From Mycobacteriales bacterium (GTDB lineage Bacteria; Actinomycetota; Actinomycetes; JALYNC01), in the NCBI GenBank assembly GCA_051000715.1, contig JBPCOB010000202.1, positions 1 through 33,333 of the forward strand: DNA of 33,333 nucleotides, written 5' to 3'. Positions 1 through 9,043 of this stretch are shown in pieces. The notes beneath the pieces were generated by a model, which saw nothing but the letters and a program-made list of their open reading frames with translations, was not told the DNA's origin and made no database searches. The first letter of the stretch is position 1. The number at the start of each line of letters is the position of its first letter. Position numbers and translations under genes: made by a program.

Positions 1-15
1 CGATCGGCGATCGAC

Positions 16-909
16 ATGAGCGGAACGACCGAGGGCTACATCGACTTTCGAGGACACCGGACCTGGTACCGGGTCACCGGCGAACTGACCGACGAGCGGG
101 TGCCCGCGGTGATCTGCCACGGCGGGCCGGGCGCGACCTCGGACTACGTCACCCCGATCGCCGAGCTGGCCCGCGACGGCCGGGCCACCGTGCTCTACGA
201 CCAGCTGGGCAATGGCCGCTCGGACCACCTCCCGGACGTCGACCCGGGATTCTGGACGGTCCAGCTGTTCAAGGACGAGCTGGTGGCTCTGACGGAGTCG
301 CTGGGCATCGCCGATCGCTACTCCGTCGTGGGCCAGTCCTGGGGCGGCATGCTGGCGATGGAGCACGCCCTCACCCACCCTGCCGGCTTGCGCGCGATCG
401 TCGTCGCCGACTCCCCGGCGTCCATTCCGCTGTGGGTGGCCGAGGCCAACCGGCTGCGGGCGCAGCTCCCCGCCGAGGTCCAGGAGACGCTGACCCGGCA
501 CGAGGCGGCGGGAACCACCGACGACCCGGCGTACGAGCGTGCCTGCATGGCCTTCTACGAGCGGCACGTCTGCCGGGTGGTGCCGTTCCCCGACTTCGTC
601 GCCCGCAGCTTCGCCGCGATGGCCGAGGACCCCACGGTCTACGGGACGATGAACGGCCCAAGTGAGTTCCACGTCATCGGCACGATCAAGGACTGGGACA
701 TCACCGAGCGGCTCGCTGAGATCGACGTACCGACATTGCTCGTCTCCGGCCGCTACGACGAAGCCACACCGGCGATCGTCGGTCGGTTGAAGGACCGCAT
801 ACCGGGCAGCGAGTGGGAGCTTTTCGAGGAGTCGAGCCACCTGCCGCACGTGGAGGAGACCGAGCGCTTCCTGCAGGTGGTCGGGGGCTTTCTCCGCCGG
901 CACGACTGA
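16..909 (+). CDS. Proline iminopeptidase-family (S33) alpha/beta hydrolase / L-amino acid amidase
   Basis: HGGPG oxyanion motif, YDQLGxGRS, nucleophile GQSWGG, GRYDE acid, C-terminal SSHLPH; NGPSEF motif typical of tricorn-F1-like peptidases. Confidence 0.9.
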   Translation: MSGTTEGYIDFRGHRTWYRVTGELTDERVPAVICHGGPGATSDYVTPIAELARDGRATVLYDQLGNGRSDHLPDVDPGFWTVQLFKDELVALTESLGIADRYSVVGQSWGGMLAMEHALTHPAGLRAIVVADSPASIPLWVAEANRLRAQLPAEVQETLTRHEAAGTTDDPAYERACMAFYERHVCRVVPFPDFVARSFAAMAEDPTVYGTMNGPSEFHVIGTIKDWDITERLAEIDVPTLLVSGRYDEATPAIVGRLKDRIPGSEWELFEESSHLPHVEETERFLQVVGGFLRRHD

Positions 910-914
910 GCTCC

Positions 915-1544
915 TCAGCACCTGTCGGTGGACCGGTCCAGCCGGTCGAGCAGCGCCGGCCGAGCCGGGTCGTCCCACAGAACGACCAGGTCGGCCACCG
1001 CGGCCGGTGCCACCTCGGCGTCGTACCGGTCGTACGCCGGCAGCTCCCGGCGGGCGTCGTCGGCGGGCACCCGGCGGCGCCGCGCGGCGGGCGAGAGCCG
1101 CAGGTTCACCGTGACATCGAAGCCCGCAGCGAGCTGCGGCCGGAGCAGAAACACCCCGTCGACCAGGACGACCGCGCCGGGCTCGACCGTCCGGCGAGAT
1201 GCCCTGGTGGACCGGTCGGTCCGCGGGTTCCACAGGCTCGGCAGGTATCGGTGGTCGCCGCCGGGGCCCAGCGGTCCGAGCACCTCCCGCCACAGTGCGC
1301 CTACGTCGAGCGCGTCGGAGTAGAAGGCGTCCGGGTCGTCCCGCCCCCGCTCCAGCCGGACCGAGGCCGGACGCAGGAAGTCGCCGGCGTGCAGGTGCGC
1401 AGCCGGTCGTCCGGCCGCCTGCAGCCGGTCCGCCAGCTCCGCGGCCAGCCCTGCTCCGCCGGCCACCGCCGGCCCGTCCACCGCCACCCGCAGCACGGTC
1501 CCCGGGTTGCGTCCCCGGAGGCGGCCGACCAGTCGGTCGAGCAA
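915..1544 (-). CDS. Uridine kinase-like P-loop protein (actinobacterial)
   Basis: RVAVDGP degenerate P-loop, DFLRPASVRLERG, VLVDGVFLL, WDDPARPA. The TTG start at 1544 is uncertain because the frame stays open upstream. Confidence 0.7.
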   Translation of the reverse strand: MLDRLVGRLRGRNPGTVLRVAVDGPAVAGGAGLAAELADRLQAAGRPAAHLHAGDFLRPASVRLERGRDDPDAFYSDALDVGALWREVLGPLGPGGDHRYLPSLWNPRTDRSTRASRRTVEPGAVVLVDGVFLLRPQLAAGFDVTVNLRLSPAARRRRVPADDARRELPAYDRYDAEVAPAAVADLVVLWDDPARPALLDRLDRSTDRC

Positions 1545-1579
1545 CCCCGACCGGGACAGTGGCTCCGGCCGTCCGACCG

Positions 1580-2428
1580 CTATCGGCGGCCGGCGAGCTC
1601 GGGTGGCAGTGGCACCGACGCGTCGGTGGTCGAGGCCACCACCTCGCGGGCCAGGTCGTGCACCCGGCGGCCCCGACCGCGGGCCGCCTTGCGTAGCCGC
1701 TCGAACGAGCTCCGGGTGCTCAGCCGCTGCCGCTCGGCGAGGACGCCGATGGCCTGCTCGACCTTCACCCGGGCGACCAGCGCGTGTTCGAGCTGGGTCA
1801 TCGACAGTCGCAGCTGGGCCAGCTCGTCGAGTTCCGCCGCCGGCCGGGGCGGTCGGCCACCGGTCTCGAGCTCGCCACCCAGGATGTCGGCCAGCGCCAT
1901 GGCGCTGGTCAGGTCCTCGGCCGGCGAGCCGGCCACCTGCCAGCCCTGCGGCGTACGCCGGATAATGGTGGACTCGTTCCGGCCCGGCTCCAGGTGGGCG
2001 GCGATGACGCCGGCCAGCTCGCTGAGGACGGCCACTGTGTTGTGGTCGACGTCGACGATTCCCCGGTCGATGCCGCAGAGCGTGCCGACGATCTGTCCGC
2101 GGCTGTCAAAGATCGGGACCCCGACGTAGGAACGGATGCCGAGCTTGGTCGAGCAGGGAGAGTCCCCGTAGACGGGGTCGTTCGGCACGTCGCAGGTAAC
2201 GTTAGGCCCACCGGCGAGCATTCGGCCGCACAAGGAGTCGGTTCGAAGCTCGGTGCGGCCCTCCTCGATGCCGTCCCAGGTCCCGAGCACCCGCTCGAAC
2301 ATGAAGTTGTCCTCGGTCAGGCCGCCGATGAAGGCGACCTCCATGCCCAGCAGCGTCGCGCTCGCCGACAGCGCCGCCGAAATCGCCGGATGGTCCAGCT
2401 CGCTCCGGGGCACTTTCCTTCCTTCCAC
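1580..2428 (-). CDS. GAF and ANTAR domain regulator
   Basis: GAF signature IRSYVGVPI...VGTLCGID; C-terminal ANTAR LEHALVARVKVEQAIGVLAER...FERLRKAAR. Alternative GTG start at 2413 after GAAGGAAGG. Confidence 0.85.
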   Translation of the reverse strand: MEGRKVPRSELDHPAISAALSASATLLGMEVAFIGGLTEDNFMFERVLGTWDGIEEGRTELRTDSLCGRMLAGGPNVTCDVPNDPVYGDSPCSTKLGIRSYVGVPIFDSRGQIVGTLCGIDRGIVDVDHNTVAVLSELAGVIAAHLEPGRNESTIIRRTPQGWQVAGSPAEDLTSAMALADILGGELETGGRPPRPAAELDELAQLRLSMTQLEHALVARVKVEQAIGVLAERQRLSTRSSFERLRKAARGRGRRVHDLAREVVASTTDASVPLPPELAGRR

Positions 2429-2481
2429 GGGTCAAGGGTGTCGGAGGCGAACAATGGCACAGTTTGCCTCGGCTTGGGGCG

Positions 2482-2736
2482 TCAGCCTTGCCAAGCCGGG
2501 CGACCCAGCCGGTCCAATACGTCGTTCAGGCTGGGGTTGGTCAGTGCGCTGCCGTCCGGAAACAGTACCGTGGGCACCGTCCGGTTGCCGCCGTTGACCG
2601 CCATGACCAGCTCCGCCGCGTCGGGGTCCGCGGAGATGTCGACCTCGGCGAACGGTACCTCGGCGGCGTCCAACTGGTACTTCAGGCGTACGCAATAGCC
2701 GCACCAGGGCGTGCTGAACATCGTCAGGTCGCTCAT
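2482..2736 (-). CDS. mrx1: Mycoredoxin (glutaredoxin-like)
   Basis: WCGYC active site, NGGNRTVPTVLFPDGSALTNP; GGGAGG RBS before ATG 2736; divergent from uvrD2 as in mycobacteria. Confidence 0.9.
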   Translation of the reverse strand: MSDLTMFSTPWCGYCVRLKYQLDAAEVPFAEVDISADPDAAELVMAVNGGNRTVPTVLFPDGSALTNPSLNDVLDRLGRPAWQG

Positions 2737-2827
2737 CGGCGGGTGGTCCTCCCGAGCTGGTACGGCGGGTGTCGCTGGGGACAACGCCGAGCAGCTGGCG
2801 TCCCTTCCGTCCTCCGCTGTTGGCAGG

Positions 2828-4930
2828 ATGTCGGTCGTGGCACCGGAGGATGTCCTGCGCGGGCTCGACCCCGAGCAGCGCGCCGCGGCGCAGGCGGTCC
2901 GCGGACCGGTGGCGATCCTGGCCGGCGCCGGCACCGGCAAGACTCGCGCGATCACTCACCGGATCGCCTACGCCGTCGCGACCGGCGCCGTACCCGCCGG
3001 CCAGGTGCTGGCCGTCACCTTCACCGCCCGGGCCGCTGGCGAGATGCGCGGCCGGCTGCGCGAGCTGGGGGTGGACGGGGTGACCGCGCGCACCTTCCAC
3101 GCGGCCGCCCTGCGCCAGCTCCGCTACTTCTGGCCGCAGGTCATCGGGGGGGCGCTGCCCGGGCTGCTCGAGCGCAAGCTGCCGGTCGTCGCCGAGGCGG
3201 TCGCCCGCTGCGGCGACCGGGCCGGCGGTGCGGAGCTGCGCGACTTCGCGGCGGAGATCGAATGGGCCAAGGCGACCGTGGTGACGCCGGCAGGCTACCC
3301 GGCCGCCGCGGGCCGGGCCGGTCGTGAGCCACCTCGCCCGCCGACCGAGATGGCGCGGGTCTACGAGGCCTACGAGGAGCGCAAGCGCGATCGCGGCCTG
3401 CTCGACTTCGAGGACCTGCTGCTCCTCACGGCGGCGGCCATCGAGGAGCATCCGCACGTCGCGGCCGAGATCCGCGGCCGCTACCGGCACCTGGTGGTCG
3501 ACGAGTACCAGGACGTCAACCCGCTGCAGCAGCGGCTGCTCGACGGCTGGCTCGGCGACCGGGACGACATCTGCGTGGTCGGTGACCCCAACCAGACCAT
3601 CTACTCCTTCACCGGGGCCACGCCGGCGTACCTGCTCGGGTTTGCCCGACGCCATCCAGGCGCGACCGTGGTCCGGCTGGTCCGGACCTACCGGTGTACG
3701 CCGGAGGTGGTGAGCCTGGCTAACGCGCTGCTCGCCGCCGGTTCGCGGGAGCGGGCACCGGTGCGGCTGGTCTCCCAACTTCCGACCGGACCGGCCCCGG
3801 CTTTCCTGGAGTCGCCGGACGAGGAGGCCGAGGCCGCGGAGGTGACCCGGCGCTGCGCGAAACTGATCGCCGACGGCGTACCGGCCAGCGAGATCGCGGT
3901 GCTCTACCGGGTGAACGCGCAGTCGGAGGCCTACGAGGCCGCGCTCGGCGCCGCCGGCATCTCCTACCTGGTCCGCGGTGGCGAGCGGTTCTTCGAGCGG
4001 GCCGAGGTGCGCACCGCCGTCCGGCTGCTGCGTGGCGCGGCCCGGTCCGACGACGCTGACGGCGAGGACGGGCTGGTTCCGCAGGTACGGCGGGTGCTGG
4101 CCGTCGCGGGCTGGACGCCGCAGCCGCCGGCCGGTACCGGCGCGGTGCGCGACCGCTGGGAGTCCCTCGCCGCGCTGGCCCGGCTGGCCGAGGACCTCGC
4201 GGCCGCCGACCCGGCGGCGGACCTGAGCCACTTCGTCGAGGAGCTCGAGGCGCGGAGCTCGGCCCAGCATGCACCTGCGGTGGAGGGCGTGACGCTGGCC
4301 TCGCTGCACGCCGCCAAGGGGCTGGAGTGGGACGCCGTCTTCCTGGTCGGGCTGGTCGAGGGGACCCTGCCGATCGTGCACGCCGGTACGCCGGCGAAGG
4401 TCGAGGAGGAGCGGCGACTGCTCTACGTCGGTATGACGCGGGCCCGCCAGCACCTCACGCTGTCGTGGGCGCGGGCGCGCTCGCCGGGGGGACGCGCGGG
4501 CAGGCGGCCGAGCCGCTTCCTCGACGGGCTGGCGCCGGCCGAGCTGCGCCGTACGCCGGCCGAGCGGCGCCGCGAGCCGGGGGTCGACCGGCGTAGCCCC
4601 ACCGCCCGCTGTCGGGTGTGCGGCCAGCCGCTGGGCGCGGGGCCCGCTCGCAAGCTCGGGCGGTGCGAGTCCTGCCCGGCCTCCTTCGACGAGGCGCTGT
4701 TCGACCGGCTGCGGGCCTGGCGGCTCGAGCGCGCCCGGGAGGCGGTGCAGCCGGCGTACTGCGTCTTCACCGACGCCACGCTCACGGCGATCGCCGAGGT
4801 GCGGCCGGGCTCGGCTGCCGAGCTGGCCGCGATCGCCGGCGTGGGGGCCCGCAAGATCGAGCGGTACGGCGTCGAGGTGCTGGGCCTGGTGGCAGGGGAC
4901 TCGACGCCCAGCGGTGCGGACGCTGTCTAA
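2828..4930 (+). CDS. uvrD2: ATP-dependent DNA helicase UvrD2 (SF1, tetracysteine motif and HRDC domain)
   Basis: AGAGTGKT, VTFTARAA, VDEYQD, VGDPNQTIYSF, HAAKGLEW, EERRLLYVGMTRA, CRVC...CESC, C-terminal HRDC. Start is ATG 2828 or GTG 2837. Confidence 0.95.
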   Translation: MSVVAPEDVLRGLDPEQRAAAQAVRGPVAILAGAGTGKTRAITHRIAYAVATGAVPAGQVLAVTFTARAAGEMRGRLRELGVDGVTARTFHAAALRQLRYFWPQVIGGALPGLLERKLPVVAEAVARCGDRAGGAELRDFAAEIEWAKATVVTPAGYPAAAGRAGREPPRPPTEMARVYEAYEERKRDRGLLDFEDLLLLTAAAIEEHPHVAAEIRGRYRHLVVDEYQDVNPLQQRLLDGWLGDRDDICVVGDPNQTIYSFTGATPAYLLGFARRHPGATVVRLVRTYRCTPEVVSLANALLAAGSRERAPVRLVSQLPTGPAPAFLESPDEEAEAAEVTRRCAKLIADGVPASEIAVLYRVNAQSEAYEAALGAAGISYLVRGGERFFERAEVRTAVRLLRGAARSDDADGEDGLVPQVRRVLAVAGWTPQPPAGTGAVRDRWESLAALARLAEDLAAADPAADLSHFVEELEARSSAQHAPAVEGVTLASLHAAKGLEWDAVFLVGLVEGTLPIVHAGTPAKVEEERRLLYVGMTRARQHLTLSWARARSPGGRAGRRPSRFLDGLAPAELRRTPAERRREPGVDRRSPTARCRVCGQPLGAGPARKLGRCESCPASFDEALFDRLRAWRLERAREAVQPAYCVFTDATLTAIAEVRPGSAAELAAIAGVGARKIERYGVEVLGLVAGDSTPSGADAV

Positions 4931-4995
4931 AAAGACGCCAGCACCGCCGGGGTACCCGGGCAAAGAACGAGACGCTCTCGTAACCAAGAAGCGCC

Positions 4996-5035
4996 GAAAA
5001 TGCGATTGCGCCGTGTGCGTACCAGGCCCTAACCT
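4996..5035 (+). promoter_or_regulatory. whiB7/wblC promoter: A-rich WhiB7 site, -35 and -10
   Basis: GAAAAT 4996-5001, TTGCGC 5006-5011, 18-nt spacer, TAACCT 5030-5035; matches the known autoactivated whiB7 promoter layout. Confidence 0.85.
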
Positions 5036-5088
5036 TCGGCAGGCGCGATCTAGGCGCCCGTGCGGCCCAGCCAGGAGGAGGTGTCCCG

Positions 5089-5313
5089 ATGTCGAGCACG
5101 ATTCTCGAGTCGGTGACCGTCCTGGCAGACCGTGCCCGGATGGCCGGGCCGGCCAAGCGGCCCGCAGCCTCCCACGCTGCCGTCGTGACCATGGCGGCCG
5201 GCGGTAGCCGGGTGCCCGCCAGCCGCGGTTGCGCGCTGACGTACGGCCTTGGCTCGGTCGTCGCCGACAGCAACTTCATCCTGGGGAGCCCGTCCTGGAG
5301 CCCACCGGTCTAG
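5089..5313 (+). CDS. whiB7 leader peptide (uORF, 74 aa)
   Basis: Strong AGGAGGAGG RBS at 5073-5081; lies between the promoter and the attenuator hairpin upstream of whiB7. Confidence 0.8.
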   Translation: MSSTILESVTVLADRARMAGPAKRPAASHAAVVTMAAGGSRVPASRGCALTYGLGSVVADSNFILGSPSWSPPV

Positions 5314-5335
5314 CGATCGCTCGACCGGCGCCTCC

Positions 5336-5377
5336 AGGCCGTGGACCCCACACAGGGATCCACGGCCTCGCTGTTTT
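5336..5377 (+). terminator. Attenuator terminator in the whiB7 leader
   Basis: AGGCCGTGGA-CCC-cacaca-GGG-A-TCCACGGCCT hairpin (5336-5368) followed by CGCTGTTTT. Confidence 0.85.
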
Positions 5378-5417
5378 CCGGCCAGATCTTCCGGACCACT
5401 CCAAGGAGGTGGCACTG

Positions 5418-5690
5418 ATGTCGGACCGCACGTTCGCCGAGGTCGAACGTGCCGGGCTCGCGCTCCCGTGCTGGGAGAACGATCCGGAGCTCTTCTTCGC
5501 CGAGTCCCCATCGGACGTCGAGTTCGCCAAGTCCCTCTGCGTCAGCTGCCCGGTGCGGCTGGCCTGCCTCGCCGGCGCCCTGGAGCGCCGCGAGCCGTGG
5601 GGGGTCTGGGGCGGCGAGCTGCTCGTCGCCGGTGCGGTCGTCCCACGCAAGCGGCCGCGCGGTCGGCCGCGGAAGGAGGTTGCCGCATGA
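5418..5690 (+). CDS. whiB7: WhiB7/WblC Fe-S transcriptional activator
   Basis: Four Cys (LPC...CVSC...C), EPWGVWGG turn, C-terminal AT-hook RPRGRPRK; AAGGAGGT RBS before ATG 5418; directly downstream of uvrD2. Confidence 0.95.
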   Translation: MSDRTFAEVERAGLALPCWENDPELFFAESPSDVEFAKSLCVSCPVRLACLAGALERREPWGVWGGELLVAGAVVPRKRPRGRPRKEVAA

Positions 5691-5908
5691 CCAGCGTCGA
5701 CGTCGCACGTCCCGATCTGCCCGTAAACTCACCGATAAGGAGTCGGACCATGTTGCTCCTGCACGAGGAGCTGGCGCGCGCCCGAATGCGCGACCGCTGG
5801 GTGGTGCCCGAGCTGCGTTCCCTGCAGCTCTCGGCGGTCGAACCGCCGCCGCGCCGGCCGCGGGTCGCGCCGCGGCGGCTTCGCCTGTTGCTCCGCCAGG
5901 CGTCCTGA
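5687..5908 (+). CDS. Small basic protein downstream of whiB7 (alternative start 5750)
   Basis: ATGA overlap with the whiB7 stop; second ATG at 5750 has an AAGGAG RBS; helix MLLLHEELARARM then Arg-rich tail. Confidence 0.6.
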   Translation: MTSVDVARPDLPVNSPIRSRTMLLLHEELARARMRDRWVVPELRSLQLSAVEPPPRRPRVAPRRLRLLLRQAS

Positions 5909-5929
5909 CGGCGGTGTGGTCCCGGTAAC

Positions 5930-7375
5930 TCAGGGCCGCTTGCCGGACCGGTTCCGCGGCGAAAGCACCGTGTCGTCGGGTGGCGGTTCCACGATGGCCG
6001 TCTGCTCCGCGGTCGGCACCCCCGCCGGCGGACGCACCCGGCGGCGGCGCGGGCGGGGTGGTGGGGTCTCTGCGAAGCCGGGGACCCACTGCTCCGCCTC
6101 CGCCCGGAACGGTCCCTCGCTGTCCAGCTGGCAGAGCACACCCAGCCCGCCGATCGCAACCCGGTGGATCAGCATGTACGCCGGCGGCAGGTTGAGCTGC
6201 CTCCCCAGCGCCGCCGCCGGCGAGCGCGGGTCGCCGATGCGGGCGGCCTGCGCGCGCAGCCAGGCGCGGCTGAAACGGAAGGTCTCCCGGCGGATCGGCT
6301 CGAGCAGCGGCGCCAGGTAGTCGAGGGTGGCGGCAGCGTCCACTTCGATGGTGGGCTTCAGGAAGCCTTGGGCCCGCAGCCCGGCCAGCACCGCGTCGGC
6401 CTCACCGGCCAGGGCGAGCCGGCATACCTCCCCGATCGGCGCCGGTAACCCGCCCGGCAGCCGGTTGACGGCCCCGTAGTCGAGGACACCCAGCCGGCCA
6501 TCGCCGGTCAGCCGGTAGTTGCCGGGATGCGGGTCGGCGTGCAGCATGCCGGCCCGCGCCGGCCCTGAGAACAGGAACCGGACCAGCAGCAGGCCGGCCC
6601 GGTCGCGCTCCGGTGAGCTGCCGGCGGCGATCACCGCGGACAGCGGCGTTCCCTCTACCCACTGGCTGACCAGCAGCCGTTCGGTGAAGGCCACCACCCG
6701 GGGTACGACGATGTCCGGGTCGCCGTCGTACGCCGCGGCGAAGGCGGACTGCGCGGCCGCCTCCAGCCGGTAGTCGAGCTCCTCGGCGACCCGCGCGCGA
6801 AGCTCGGTGAGCAGCGGCTTGATGTCCAGGCCCGGGCTGAGCACCGTGAACAGCCGGGCCAACCGGGCCAGGTGGCCGAAGTCGGACAGCAGCGCCGGCC
6901 CGGCGCCCGGGTACTGCACCTTGACCGCGACCTCTCGGCCATCCGCCCAGACCGCGCGGTGCACCTGCCCGATGGAGGCGGCAGCTGCCGGCCGGTCGTC
7001 GAACTCGGCGAACGAGGAGCGCCAGTCCCGGCCGAGCTCCCGCGTCAGCACGCCGCGCACGGCCGCCGCGGGCAGCGGAGGGGCCGCTTCCTGCAGCTTG
7101 GTGAGCGCTGCCCGGTACGGTGCCGCCAGCTCGTCGGGTAGCGCCGCCTCGAAGACCGACAGGGCCTGGCCGAGCTTCATGGCGCCGCCCTTGAGCTCGC
7201 CGAGCACCTTGAAGATCTGCTCGGCGGTGCGCGCCTGCAGCTCGGTGGCGACCACCTCGGCCGGTCGCCCGCCCAGCCGCTTCCCCAGACCGAGGGTGGC
7301 CCGGCCGGCGACACCGAGGGGGAGCGACGCCAGCTTGGCGCCGCGGGAGATCGCCCAGCGGGGGATGTCGCTCAC
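5930..7375 (-). CDS. ABC1/AarF/UbiB-family atypical kinase (Rv3197-like)
   Basis: [47 protein letters not shown]. Confidence 0.92.
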   Translation of the reverse strand: MSDIPRWAISRGAKLASLPLGVAGRATLGLGKRLGGRPAEVVATELQARTAEQIFKVLGELKGGAMKLGQALSVFEAALPDELAAPYRAALTKLQEAAPPLPAAAVRGVLTRELGRDWRSSFAEFDDRPAAAASIGQVHRAVWADGREVAVKVQYPGAGPALLSDFGHLARLARLFTVLSPGLDIKPLLTELRARVAEELDYRLEAAAQSAFAAAYDGDPDIVVPRVVAFTERLLVSQWVEGTPLSAVIAAGSSPERDRAGLLLVRFLFSGPARAGMLHADPHPGNYRLTGDGRLGVLDYGAVNRLPGGLPAPIGEVCRLALAGEADAVLAGLRAQGFLKPTIEVDAAATLDYLAPLLEPIRRETFRFSRAWLRAQAARIGDPRSPAAALGRQLNLPPAYMLIHRVAIGGLGVLCQLDSEGPFRAEAEQWVPGFAETPPPRPRRRRVRPPAGVPTAEQTAIVEPPPDDTVLSPRNRSGKRP

Positions 7376-7426
7376 CGCTCCATGATGACGCCCGTGCCCG
7401 CTGCCGGCGGCCCGGAGTGATCCGAC

Positions 7427-8479
7427 TCACCCGGCCTGCCTCCACGAGCAGCCGCAGGCGGGGTGGGGCGACCAGCCCCGGCGGCGCAGTTGCCAGTCCG
7501 ACAGCCGCAGCTCCAAGGTGCCGTTGAGGGTGTCCGGTCGGCCACCGTCGAGAAGGGCGAGCACCTGCCCGGCCGCCAGGGCAGCCGTCGCGGCCGCGAG
7601 CACGGTGTCACCCGCGCCCACTCCGCCGGCGCTCCCGCCCGCCAGCTGCGCCGACAGCAGCGGCCAGGCGGCGTCCCGGTCCGCGCGGGCAAGGTCCAGG
7701 CAGCGCAGGCAACAGGTTCGGCCGGGTAGCACCAGCGGCCCCACCACGCCGGTAACCTCCCGTATCCCGACCGCCAGGTGCACGACGCCCGCCCGCAGCA
7801 GCCCTACCCGCCGGGACGGGTCGGCCCCGGCCGGATCGACCAGGATCACCAGATCGGGGCGGCGGTCGGCCGGCAGCGGGCCGCAGCGCGTCGTAGGCGC
7901 GATCCGGCGTACGGCCTCGCGAGCCGCCGCCTGGACGGGCAGGCCGATGTCGGCGAGCTGCCATCCTCCCGGCACGGTGTCAGCCGCGTGCACGGTGCCA
8001 GCCGCCTCCACGTCGACATGGCCGACGCCGGACGCGGCCAGCAGACTCGCGATCGGTACGCCGATCCGGCCGGCCCCGACCAGCGACACGGTCGCCGCTC
8101 GGCGGCGGTCGAGCACGTGGAGCGCGGCACCCGGATGTGTCCGGAGCAGCGACACCGAGGCGAGATCGGGGGCCATCCGCTCACGCTCGGCCCGTTCGAG
8201 CACCGCCAGCGGCCCGGCATCGGCCCCGGCGTCGTCGAGCGCGCCCGCGTCGGCCAGCAGGTCGAGCAGCCCTGCGGTGGACGCAGGGTGGACCCCGGCC
8301 GCGGCGGCTGCGGCCAGGACGCCATCGGTGTCCCGGCTACCGTCCAACAGGCCCAGCACCATGGCCGCCGCGCCATCGACTCCGCTGAGGACGACGGCCC
8401 GTTCGGGGTCGAGGCCGAGTTGCACCGTGCCCACGCCGCGCCACAGCCGTCGCAGTCCCGGCTTGAGCATCGGCCGCAC
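7427..8479 (-). CDS. ThiF/E1-like protein with N-terminal TOMM leader-binding-like domain (Rv3196-like)
   Basis: VQLGLDP N-terminus, VGAGRIG Rossmann motif, VGPLVLPGRTCCLRC, C-terminal PHPACGC; GGAGG before GTG 8479. Confidence 0.8.
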   Translation of the reverse strand: MRPMLKPGLRRLWRGVGTVQLGLDPERAVVLSGVDGAAAMVLGLLDGSRDTDGVLAAAAAAGVHPASTAGLLDLLADAGALDDAGADAGPLAVLERAERERMAPDLASVSLLRTHPGAALHVLDRRRAATVSLVGAGRIGVPIASLLAASGVGHVDVEAAGTVHAADTVPGGWQLADIGLPVQAAAREAVRRIAPTTRCGPLPADRRPDLVILVDPAGADPSRRVGLLRAGVVHLAVGIREVTGVVGPLVLPGRTCCLRCLDLARADRDAAWPLLSAQLAGGSAGGVGAGDTVLAAATAALAAGQVLALLDGGRPDTLNGTLELRLSDWQLRRRGWSPHPACGCSWRQAG

Positions 8480-8700
8480 GTTTCCCTCCACCCGAGCGCT
8501 GCCGGCTGCCAACCGCTACGGGCCTCGTTCGCCGGTCGCCTCAGCGTCGCAGTTGCCGGTGGTGCGCGTGCCGGTCGTCCACAGTGGTGGCGGGTCCGGC
8601 CGGAACCGACAGGAGCTGGGGAAAACGGGAGGTGATAGGGGCTTCGACCCTGCCCCGTCTTGGCGGCCGAGACTCCGACGTCAGACTCGGCCGCAGGCGC

Positions 8701-8738
8701 CGACGGGGCGGCCGCCGCTTTGCGGTGCCGCCCCGTCG
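8701..8738 (-). terminator. GC-rich hairpin downstream of the DUF5679 gene
   Basis: CGACGGGGCGGC...GCCGCCCCGTCG inverted repeat 13 nt past the stop; no U-tract. Confidence 0.6.
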
Positions 8739-8751
8739 AAGATCGGTGCGG

Positions 8752-8904
8752 TCAGGCCTTGCCGAGGATCCGGTTCATCTTGGTGCCACAGACCGGGCAC
8801 GTCCCCTGCGCCATCCGCCGGCCGGACTCGCTGACCTTGACCTCGCCCTCGAAATCCCGCTTCTCCTTGCACTTCACGCAGTAGCCGTTGTAGCTGTCGG
8901 CCAC
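8752..8904 (-). CDS. DUF5679-like small zinc-ribbon protein (50 aa)
   Basis: YCVKCK...CPVCGTKM two CxxC pairs; AAAGGAGGAG RBS before GTG 8904. Confidence 0.85.
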   Translation of the reverse strand: MADSYNGYCVKCKEKRDFEGEVKVSESGRRMAQGTCPVCGTKMNRILGKA

Positions 8905-8990
8905 GAGCTCCTCCTTTGCTGGGACACGGTGGCGCGCTGCCACCTCTCGTGGCCAGGCACCCGGCGGCTCACCCTACGACACGGTCCGGG

Positions 8991-9043
8991 GTCCGCCGGC
9001 CCGCACCGGCCCGGCGTCCGCCGGCCCGCACCGGCCCGGCGTC
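8991..9043. repeat. Perfect 25-bp tandem duplication
   Basis: GTCCGCCGGCCCGCACCGGCCCGGC at 8991-9015 and 9016-9040, plus GTC. Confidence 0.9.

Noticed and set aside
2432-4987. 851-aa minus-strand ORF
   Set aside because: Antisense shadow of uvrD2, typical of high-GC DNA; no motifs.
7427-8904. TOMM/RiPP biosynthetic cluster
   Set aside because: No YcaO, dehydrogenase, transporter or Cys/Ser-rich precursor; the genes belong to conserved core synteny.
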